A DNA stretch of 63,128 nt, the filler included, from Sphacelaria rigidula (taxonomy: Eukaryota), in assembly GCA_964200075.2 (NCBI GenBank). It is 7 parts of 7 records of this genome, joined end to end, with 100 filler letters (N's around TTAATTAATTAA, not from the genome) between each part and the next. Parts side by side here need not be neighbours in the genome. Positions count along the whole stretch, not along the records: positions 18,067 to 26,999 come from CAXNAA020009715.1; positions 27,100 to 36,032 come from CAXNAA020009716.1; 5 more parts are not named here. The stretch is one strand, 5' to 3'. Below, piece after piece: positions 22,737-33,205 of the stretch; position 1 is the stretch's first letter, and each line of letters starts with the position of its first letter. The notes beneath the pieces were generated by a model that ran no database searches, was not told the DNA's origin, and saw only the letters and a list, made by a program, of their open reading frames with translations. The translations under genes and the position numbers were made by a program.

Positions 22737-25700
22737 TGATGGGCAAGGCTCCTGCGTGGAGGGTGACCTATATCTATGTAGCACCATCTTGTGTTTCAAA
22801 ATGATGGATGGGTGAAGATGTTGCATAAGCACACACAGATTTTGGGCGGGAGCTTCATTATTGTCACTGATTGGTTGGTTGTCTATTCCTTCTGAATGGC
22901 GACGGTAGGTTAAGATGGCACGCGTTCTCCATATCCATATTTTTTTCAGATCTTTTCTCTTGTCCGTTGCACGCAATTCTTTTCTTGTTTTCTTGATCTT
23001 TCGGAGTTGAGAAAAATCAATGATTCGAAGGAAAAAATCTGTGTGATGCAAAACGCAAGATGAAGATATGAGAGCGGTTGATACATCTTTTGAGTCGTCG
23101 TCGTGACAATCGACGGGAGAGGCAAGTGGGGTTGTTGTCTTTTGTTGTGGGTGGTTTTGGGGGTTCTCGTTTCGATCCTGGTGGTGGGTGGATGATGACT
23201 AGGGCAGCCGAATGCCGTGTTGTCATTGGAGTTGAGAGGAGAGAGACGAGCTTTTAGAGAGGATGTGAGAGAGTTAACGGAGAAATAATGAGGAATGCAC
23301 AACAGACAGAGTGCACATTTGGAGCGACGGAAGAAAAGGTGTGTTGCTGGGTGCTAGTCGCTTACCATAGAGGTACGTCGCATCGGCAACGGTTTTTATG
23401 GGACCAACAGACAGACTCGAACAAAACTAGAATGCGTTTTAGTGTGTGATGCCAAAAGTAGAAACGGAAAGGCCAGAGACGATCTGAATTTTTCGTTTTT
23501 TTTCTCCGTGGTAACGGGCCGTGGTCGGTGAATTGGGTAGAGGTAGGTCGACAAAGTTACGTTGTAGAATCAGGGAAGGAACGGGGGAAGAGCCCAGCTG
23601 CAATGGTATCTTGCTCGTCTAGCAATAAATCGTGCCTGTTACCTCTTGACCCCCCCTGGGATGAGTAGCAGTGATGCAGTATGTGCTGAGTGGATTAGAC
23701 ATGAAGACATGACAATAAAAAAAAAGTCAGTATAAGTTTTTTGTTACACGCTGGTGGGGAGGAGCGGGAGTTGCAGCACTGGCGAAGAACAATAGCAGGA
23801 TTCGTGGTGGATCACGATATTGTACATGTGCAGCCCAGTTTTTTTTTCCTACGAGAATCGTCATAGCACCGTTGTTCTTCCATGTCGAGCGGGGAGAAAC
23901 GAGGACAGAGGAGGATTGTTCACGAAACTGGACGTGATTCACGTTGAGCTATGGATTTCATGACGTATGTGAGCGTAGCGAATGTGTTACGCTCATATAT
24001 GTGGTTGCTCCATGGGCGCGGCACAAGAGGCCCGATTGTGTGTGTATATGCGTGTGTCCGGGAAGCATTCTTATGGTTCCATCACGCGCTTTCTTGGTCG
24101 TGATTCTTTGTGTCTGTATTTTCTATTATCCCGTTTCTTTTACCCGCGTTTTGCTTCACTTTGTTCTTCTCATGGTTTTCTGCTGGACAGTGTAAATATA
24201 TGGTTCGGTACGTGAATCGCTCGTAGTGTGCCTCGACGAAATACCAACCTAGCGGGTGTCAGTCTTGAATGCGTGTAGATCGTCATGCAGACCACTGACT
24301 GTACTGCTACCCCCTCCCTCGTGGGTGATGACTCGATTCGAATTTGTGATGGGAAGGTTTTCAGCTACGGTTGAATTCAGTCAGTCGGGGGCGGGAAGAG
24401 TTGGATATAAGAAAGCAAAGAATGGGAACGAGTCTTGTTTCACGAATCGTCCTTTTCTCGTCTTTCTTCTTCCTTTTGTCGAGAGTCATGTGCTTTTATC
24501 CCGAGCAGCGAGATGCGTTTTTGTCGTATTTGTATTTAGATGCGTGAGATCTTGGGGGAGGTGGGACGGTGGTGTGTAGATTGCGATTCTGGGTCTGAGT
24601 AGAAAACGGTCCGGTCGTTTGATTTTCCGGTGGTTCTTCTAGCTTTGGGTTAATACATTGTACAGCAGAAAAACAGCATAGCGTCCGGAAACTCTCTGCG
24701 GGATGAAATTTTTCGGGCCGGGCATTTCACTCCCTTTCCTTTTTTCTGGTATTTTGGTGTTTACAGTAGAGGAAGGATGTTTATGGATGAAGACCTCCAC
24801 TGTATTTGACCCCCGCCCCCCCCTCTATTTTTCGAGGTTCCGTGTTCCTGCAGATATCTCCCTGATTGACGGCGTTTGCTAGTAGTGGACCTATCGGTCT
24901 GGACAGATTGGTTCGAGAACCAACCTTTTGTTTTCCACTTGGAACACTAGAGATAGTCATGTCTCATCACGACCATCCACGGGTCAGCCGTTCTGTTTTG
25001 TCACGGTGAATGAAACAAGAGCCGGGCAGCTGTCGGGGGGGTTCGGTGTTGTGCCTTATCTTATGAAAAAGGGGCGGTTTCGTTCGTGTGTCGCGCGCGC
25101 GTGTGCGTTCACTGTGTGTGTGTGGGAAGGGCGGTCCACACGAAGCTTTTTCATTTTCTGTGAACGTATAGACACCGAAATTCGTACATGAACAGTATAT
25201 ACACACATACATGCATACATACATATATACGCGAGCAATACCTGTCTTGTTCTCGAGTGCACTGGCAAAAAACGAAAAAAATACCGCCGATTCGACTGAA
25301 TTCAGGTACTCGTTCTTAGATTTCCCGAGTGTTGAAGCTTCTACGTGAAGCGACGAGGGATTGACGAGGCCAGTATTACAACAGTATCACAGGGGATTTT
25401 TTTCTGTTTTTTTGTCTTGTTTTGTTTCACGTATACGATATGATACGTATTTTGGCTCAAAGTAGAAATGTGTCATATTTGAAGTTGTCTGTCGGATGTG
25501 CGTGGCATGAGAAGAGGCGAACGCTCGCGGTGTTTCGTCGTTTTGAATTTCCTAAAAGTAAGAACGGTGGGAAAATGCAAGAAACTCACGGTGCTATAAA
25601 GCCCGTGGTGATTTTCCCCTGCGTTTTACGTTGATGCCTGATTGGTTTGAAGGTGCTAGCCGTCCTTCACGGACTACGGGGTTAGCAGTATGAGTAAATT

Positions 25701-27179
25701 AAAGTACCGACAGTATGGTGGTCGGTTGTTCGCAGTAGAAGTGTTATCTGTAAGGTGTCGCGTGAGTTGTGTACACAAGTACTGTTGTTGATGGTGATGC
25801 CCTCTGTTGTGGCTGTTTTATACTTATCTTAAACTGAACACCCCCAATCGTGGGGGCCGTTTTTTGAAGAATGCATGCCCCCACATCTCCAGCATATAGT
25901 ACGCGGACTGCCAACTACACGGTGGATGTGCATTGCAGCTATCCAGTGTCGTTGTGATGAGGTCGCCAAGCATGACGTGTCTCTTCCGAATTCGACTGAT
26001 GGCAACGACCACAACCATTACACAAACGCTCGGCCTGGGCCATATTGTACCTCTTACGGTGCCGTGTGTGCTGACTTCCTCATTTTTCTGGACATGGCCA
26101 ATCGTAGAGAGACCTGTTTGAATAATGCACGCGTCCCCCCTCACCTCCAGCATACACGGACTACGCAGTGGACCATGCATTGAGGAACTGCGGCTTCCCT
26201 GTCCTCCCTGCAGTTATAAAAGAAGGACGACAGAGTTTTTGCAATCGCGTATAACATTCGCGGGGAAACATGAAGGCTCTCCTCTGTGAAATTCCGCGTT
26301 TTCCAACCTGCAAACCGTTGAATGCCCGTCGCTTTCTAATAAGAACGTTAAACTATCAATTTCTGTTCCATTTTGTACTAATTGCGATATCTCCATGTCA
26401 GAAAAGTTTGGTGTTGTGATGACAGTATCTTCGCACGTGTGGACGGACCCAAAGCGGCCACTTTCCCTCAAAACACTGTTAAGAGTCATCTCAATCATGT
26501 TTATGTAGTTGGGAAAACCGAACTGTTTTGCTTTTACAGAGGTTGCGAAATTTGGTACATGTTGCTACGCCGGGCGACCTCTGTGCAGACGCCAGTCAGT
26601 CCAGTAGAGCGACGAAAGCTAGCTATGATCGGGTTTGCCCTCCGGACTGCCGCCAGCGTTGCTTGAAAGCCACAAGACCTTTGCGGTCAGCGGTTGATGT
26701 CGTGGGTGTGAAATGCAACAAGTGGTTGATCATGAACACCCTTGTTCTTCGTGGGATCACATGTCCCAGGTTGTAATGCGTGACCTCGTCACATCGGAGT
26801 TAATTCTTGAAAGCTACTGTACCGAGGTGTTCACGCAGCCAGCGCGTGCTCCAGATTGCAGCATGGACGCACCCCTCTGCACCACGCTCGCAACGGTTAG
26901 ATCACTACCATAGGTATCTTTTTCCACTCCGCATGTCAAGAAGGTCTGCACAAGTATTTGATGTCTCATACACCCCCCCCCCCTCCCCAACTGGCGTCTN
27001 NNNNNNNNNNNNNNNNNNNNNNNNNNNNNNNNNNNNNNNNNNNTTAATTAATTAANNNNNNNNNNNNNNNNNNNNNNNNNNNNNNNNNNNNNNNNNNNNG
27101 GTTGATTCTCATTTCAAAATACGTTCTCATTTTTCTGGCAACCCTGTTTTGTACTGAGGCCACTTCTTATATGTCCAAA

Positions 27180-27870
27180 ACATCTATTTGAAAACAGCCT
27201 TTTTGGCCTCTCTTTTACCCGAGAAGAGGGCTAGCCGGATGTCGACACCTTGGAATGACTTGCCCTACTCGGTGAGACCATTCCAAAGCGTTGCATTTCC
27301 CATGAGACAGCAGTTTTGGTTTTGGCCAAACTTGAATTTCAACTATCAACTGTCAAGTGAATAAAAAACAAGGGAGATACGTTTTCATTTTTCATGAGAT
27401 ACAATTTTGACATTTTTCTTTTCAACATAAGAAGTTACCTGAGGCCGCCTTTCATGACAAAAAAGAGTAAAAATCCGGGAAACTAAGTTTTTGGAGCTTG
27501 CGTGACGCCCTGAAAGAGGGCTAGGCGGATTTTCACGAGTTGGAATGCCTTGCTGTACTCGCTGAGATGGTTTTGGCACACCGATGCTTTTTTCTTGGCC
27601 ACACTTATGTTTTTCTTGGATACCGCTCATTTTTCCCGGGGACCGCTCATATTTCTCGGAGACCGGTCAAACGAGAAAAATGAGCGGTCTCCAAGAAAAA
27701 TTCAAGTTTGACAAAGAAAACAATTGCGGCCACCGGACAACGCACAGGTGTATTGGAAAGGTATCACCGAGTACGCGAAATGCATTCCAAGATGTCAAAA
27801 TCCGCGTAGCTCTCTTCTAGGGCGTAAAACGACGCAGAAGCTCCGAAAAGACAGTTTTTGGTCTTTATGT
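27180..27870. repeat. Degenerate direct plus inverted repeat cluster (foldback-like)
   Basis: The unit gaagagggctag...ttggaatg...tactcg(g/c)tgaga...ttggcca occurs at ~27222 and ~27512, and inverted at ~27670-27830. The centre is near 27650 (ccgctcatttttc / gaaaaatgagcgg). Confidence 0.6.
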
Positions 27871-29249
27871 CCTTCTTTGCCATCAGAAGCAGCCTAGTTC
27901 AATGCTTCGAAGTATGTGATAATATCGTGCCATCGCACCGAAACATAGTTCGGGAAATCCAGGTCGTGACTTTTTTTCGAGATCCTGGGGCATACATCTG
28001 GTATCATGCAGTTTTGACCTGAACCATGGGCGATTCAGTCAAGGCACCCTGAACAAAGGTCAAGGCCCTCGCTCGTAGAAATGATATGCTGGGCCTACTG
28101 TTACAATTAATCACATCCGACCAAGTTATTGAGTTTCAAACACGAATTTGGTCAACTTGCCGATATTGAAGAGACTGTAGAAACTTCGCCGGATGTTGTC
28201 GGATCGACGACGTAGACGCAGTATATTGGTCCCATAAGCGAGCGCTTCAATCAATGTTTGGGGTGCATAGGCTATACCGTCCTTCAGTTAGGGTTGGATA
28301 CTGAAAACCGTACACGTTCTGAAAACAATGTCATGCTCTGGATTGCACTAGAACGTCGTCACCGGTTGTATATACAGTCGATAGTGGACAGAGCTCGCCG
28401 CGATCTAGTGGCGCGTTTCACCCACCGTGCATATCGGTATTAAATATTGGTTGATGTTGGCGGAGATCGTCGCTACTTACTGGAGCGAAGATGTCTTTGT
28501 AGCCCTTGCACTCTTACCATGCACCATGTAGGCCTGTCACAACTGCTCAGGGCGAGTTTGCTGAGCATACCTAAACCCATCTTAAACATGACACCCCTTT
28601 GTCCTCCCACGCTTGTCCACACGAAATCAGACGTTGATACCGAGGAACACATTTCTGAGCTCAGTACAACACGTACTACGCTCTGTTCCTGACCACTCCA
28701 AGACCCTCCAGGACTTTCACCATACGGTAATATGGCCGTGTCTAAATTGATATGCAGTTACACTCACCTTTCACAGCGCTTGAGGTACACATTGTATTGA
28801 ACAAGAGTACGAGGAGGCCGACGCGATATAGAAAGGTAATGGTCTCTGGACCTATTTCCGAGGGCCCAACCTTCATGACCTGTTGCACTGCATGCGTTGA
28901 CCGGTAGCCACAAAACGAAGTGGTCAGAGTAGATTCCTTCTTTTTTCTTTTATTATTATGTTCTTGTTTCACTGCTCCTGACCACGGGCTGGATTGTTGC
29001 AACCAGGTAATGTGAGATAATCAATCAATTGATCAACCAACGCACCTGATGACCATCCCAGCAATACCGTACTTCGCAGAATGCTGGCTGCTCTTCACGG
29101 TGGTTTTGACTATCACAGCACTCGTTTACTCAGAACCCAAGGCACCTCATGAGTTGATAAGCTGACACGTTAGTTACAGATGGCGAAGAGACACACGCTG
29201 GCAATTAAAATATCCCATCATGTTGCACGTCGAACCAAGCGCTGAGTTG

Positions 29250-29680
29250 TACCAAGATATTACATTAAAAAATGAGGTTGAACATTCAAACGAGGTTCAA
29301 CTAAAAAAAGGTGCTCCCCTCACCTCAAGTAATCACGTATGATATTTTTATGGACAACCTCATGCTTCCCGACCTCCCTGAAACTATTATTGCTGGAGGT
29401 TTCACGTCTTTAGTACCCCCCAAAGGGTGTGTGCGAAATCCACCTTTTGCCTCGACTTTGGGGTGAAAAAAGGGATGCTTCAATCCAGATATGATGCTTT
29501 CGCAGGCACCCTTAGAGGAACCGAGAAACGGGAACTCCCAAGAATAATTCCCGGGACGTCGGGGGCATGAGGTCGTCCATACAAAGGTGATTTGTCATGA
29601 ATTTAGGTCGAGGGGAGCTGTTTTGAGTTTAAACCTAATCTTTCATGGCCAACTTCGTTTGTTGAAATAATCTGTCAACC
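29250..29680. mobile_element. Old foldback/MITE-like palindromic insertion within the viral fossil
   Basis: atggacaacctcatgcttcccgacctccctgaaactattatt (~29350) is inverted at ~29540-29580. The arms extend further but are degraded; ends approximate. Confidence 0.65.
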
Positions 29681-29953
29681 TGTGAAGTATTTGTGTCTGG
29701 CCACTTGTTTGAAACGAGCATATTGCCTCCAATTTGACCCTGTCAAACGCGGTGACTCGACTCGTCACCTTGCAAACAGATCAGCCAGATTAGCGATACA
29801 ACCGATCAGAAAAAAGGCGTGGAGCAAAGCCAGCACCGACCAAGGAAGCAAGAATCCCACGCCAGCACGCAGAGGTCAGCACGAGAGGCTAGGTGGGTCG
29901 TGATACGCCTACAAGGGTTGACACGTGCTTAACTGGTGGTGTTGTCGACATTG

Positions 29954-30397
29954 AACAGCCGATCATCGCAAATGAGGATGGAGCTTTTCATTGAGGACGA
30001 GAGCCGGGGTAACCAAAATCTTCGTATCCACACCAAATACTCGGAATATGCTTCTCTTCCTCCACCTACCGATAGCTACTGACTACTACTACAAGCCATA
30101 TAAAAGTGGATTTCGATAACCGAAATATTGGGGTCCTAGGTCACGAAGAGGCTTTAGAGAATTCAGGAGATCCGATCGGATCGCCGAAATTCCCCAAAAT
30201 TGTTTTTTCACCGAGGACCCCAACATTTCGGTTATCGAAATCCAAACTTGTACGGCGTGTGGTAGTTGTTAATAGCTACCAGTAGGTGAAAGAGTGGAAC
30301 CATATTTCAAATATCTGCTGTGGATACGAAGATTTTATTTTTCCGGTTTCTCATCCTGAATGAAAAGCACCACCGTCAATTTCGATGATCGGCTGTT
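29954..30397. mobile_element. 444-bp palindromic foldback MITE, copy 1
   Basis: AACAGCCGATCATCG...CGATGATCGGCTGTT, near-palindromic throughout with centre gatccgatcggatc. 4-bp TSD ATTG at 29950-29953 and 30398-30401. Confidence 0.9.
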
Positions 30398-31390
30398 ATT
30401 GGCCATTCATTCAAGTCACGTTTGCTAAGATATGGACTTTCCTTTGTCGTGATACATCATAGAGCAACATCCATTTATCTCTCTATGTATATTTGAACTG
30501 CGTACGCTGCCTTTGAAAGACCTTGGTCACAATCACGAAATTTGGTCGATAAGAACTCACCTGTGAAGCTACAGAGAAGCCAGACAGACTCATTGGATGA
30601 GAACGTACTGGTACCGCCGCCGTCTGGGCGCGAAGCGTCTCGTTACAGTGCCAGGCGAGTGTTGTAGGAATGGTAGCCTAAGTTCGTGCGTGGGCTCAAT
30701 CCTGCTTGCAGTTGTACGCATTGAATTATCTTCTAGCTCGTATACGTCCCTCTTCCCCGCTTCGGGATGCATCAGTTCCACTCCCAATCCGCTGCGCGTT
30801 GAAAAAAGCGATTTAGAGCGCAGAATGAATACCGTAGTTGAATGAAAGTAAAGCAAAACCGACTGCGTAAATATTAGCTCTTGTCTATCGCTAGATCTTG
30901 CCTACTGCCTTTGATGCCTAGACGTGTTGTATACTATGAATGCGAAAAGTGTAGGCATACTGCCCGTCTCTTGAGTGGAGTGCGCTTTGTCGATATGTTT
31001 TTTTTAATGACCAAAGTTGACTCTACTCTTCGAGCTGAACGCATGTCAGGATCTCCACCATATGAGCCATCTGGAGCCAAGCTCCTCATAGTAGACTAGT
31101 GCCACGAAGTATGATATGGGTCTCGACGGCGCTTCCAGTGTGCCGTTGAAATGGTTCGCGTAAATTTGTATTGCGTAGTCACGACTTCAGCCAAGCAATC
31201 AAGTTGCCCGTGCTAGCACCCACGTGCTATGCGGATCCATGGGGTCGACGGAAGTCCGAAGTATCAGGTGGTCGTATGACTCACCATGGGTTCAGCGTTG
31301 ATGTGTGCTCCGTGCAAATGTTGTCTCAGAGTTTACATGTATTGGAATCTCCTTATCTTTTCTTTCAGAGAAGTCTTGAGAATGATTAAA

Positions 31391-31837
31391 AACAGCTGAT
31401 CATCGAAATTGAGGATGGAACTTTTCATTGAGTATGAGAACCCGGAGAATCGAAATCTTCGTATCCACAGCAGATATTTGAAATATGGTTCCATCCATTA
31501 ACCTACTGGTAGTTATTGACAACTACCACATGCAATACGAATTTGGATTTCGATAACCGAAATGTTGGGGTCCTAGGTGGAAAACCAATTTCCGGGAATT
31601 TCGGTGATCCGATCGGATCACCTAAACTCTCCAAAACTGTTTCTTCACCCAGGGGGCCCCCAACACGTCTGTTATCAGAATCCAAATTTGTATGGCGTGT
31701 AGAAGTTGTCAATAGCTAAAGGTAGGTGAAGGAATGGGACCATATTTCGAATATTTGGTGTGGATACGAAGATTTTAATTCTCCGGGTTCTCATCCTCAA
31801 TGAAAAGCTACATCCTTAATGTCGATGATGGGCTGTT
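31391..31837. mobile_element. 447-bp palindromic foldback MITE, copy 2
   Basis: Same family as 29954-30397. 4-bp TSD TAAA at 31387-31390 and 31838-31841. Confidence 0.9.
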
Positions 31838-33205
31838 TAAAGCATGGCCCTTTTTCGGCCGACGTTTATTTCTGGTGCCGCGCGCACGTCTGGTGAAAGT
31901 CGTAGTTTATTCCATATGTAACAGTTCATCCAAAGAGCAGAAAATGTGATGGGATATGGTGAAGTACCTCTGATGGCGTAACGTATTTGTCTTGTGAAAC
32001 AAAGGACGCATGCCGTATAATCAACATATGCTTACTGCGGCACCTCGACTACGCGAAATGTATGCGCAGAGAGGTTGGTCACAGGGCAGATAAAAGTGGC
32101 AGGAGGTATGTGGATCTGGACCAAGCTCTTCTTGCAGTGGTACCGCTATGGAAAGCCGAGGTGAGACTTGATTGCTACATAGCTCTCCAATGTGATGAGG
32201 GCTGCAGTTGTTATGTCTGGATATGACCAGCGGGTACGAGGCGTGTATATCTTGGGCGAATAATTGAGCGCTCGTCTGATCATCAGTCCGTCAGCTCTTA
32301 AATGTTTCGAGTACGTCATTGGTCGCTATTGTGTTGGATGACGTGGAATGATACAGTTGAACGAAAAGCCATGTGCGCATTCGGGGGCTTGAGGCAGTTG
32401 TGTTGCACTGATTTGTGTGTGATGACTATTCAAAAGCGTGTGGTTTCCGTAGGATGGTGGTTCGGGAAGCAACATATTCACCGATCAATCGCTCTGTCGC
32501 CGTCACATTGGATTTCAAGAGTACAATAGAGATTAATCGAACACTTCTCCAAGCGTCTGACACATCTGCTGCCCATCCAGCTACCTTCTGCTTTGGTGAC
32601 CGGGCTCTCAAGAACTAAACCATTCAGTACGTTGTTGAGTGTATTTTAGACTTTTGATACGACTCTGCTCCTACCTTTTAATGGACATTGATATATAACA
32701 CTCCCAGCATACACAACTCGCATGCTTGCAGCAGCCAAAGCTTGATCCTGGGGAGGATATCACTCCACTATCTCGAGCAGCTAGGGTAACAGCCTTTTTT
32801 TTCACTTAAAATTTGGGGCTTTCAGCTGGACCTTGTCTTTGCATTGCTTGTTCGAGTTGCTGATACCTCTGGTGTTCTGAACTGACGTGAGGCCAGTTCA
32901 TTGTTTCGACTGCACACGCAACCAGGCCTCAGTTTTTGTTTTTGTTTTCTGGGTGTCCTGCGTCCGGCCCTTCTCGATTTGATTGTACACAGATATTGTG
33001 ATGAGTAACGATGTACCACGTGATCTCAATTCAAACATCAAAGCCCGCCTACGCCGCCTACGTCGTGAACGCATGCGGTCTTTTGCGTTTGCTACGCAAC
33101 CGCATGCACGTGTCGCCGCCACTCCCGTAATACTGCTTTAACGGAGACACCTGCTACCGTGTCTCCCTACTATGTTATATACTCCATCAATCACGTTTCC
33201 GTACC

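Larger units (their letters stand above)
28050..33200 (-). pseudogene. Endogenous viral element: decayed Mononegavirales-like L protein (CR IV, capping/PRNTase CR V, connector, methyltransferase CR VI)
   Basis: Manual translation gives L-like motifs in the correct order: GGVGGL*CLN*DHVVHR (~33060-33010), ERLIGEYVASRTTI (~32495-32453), RWSYPDITT (~32235), (R)GNLIAWLKS (~31210), VNFGH* (~31015), ELIFTQSVLLY (~30880-30848), CTSSAVK (~28786-28769), PYGESPGG (~28727-28704), IFNTDMH (~28445-28427). No introns are evident; many stops and frameshifts. Confidence 0.72.

Noticed and set aside
23000-26999. Short ORFs and a ~60-bp direct repeat (25868-25935 / 26121-26182) downstream of Mpv17
   Set aside because: No recognisable domain or element structure; treated as UTR, intergenic or decayed repeat.
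28335-28490. VSSDD and YTTGDDVLV on the minus strand as an RdRp catalytic motif
   Set aside because: No motif A or B context. By position these residues fall inside the methyltransferase region of the L-like fossil, so the GDD is coincidental.
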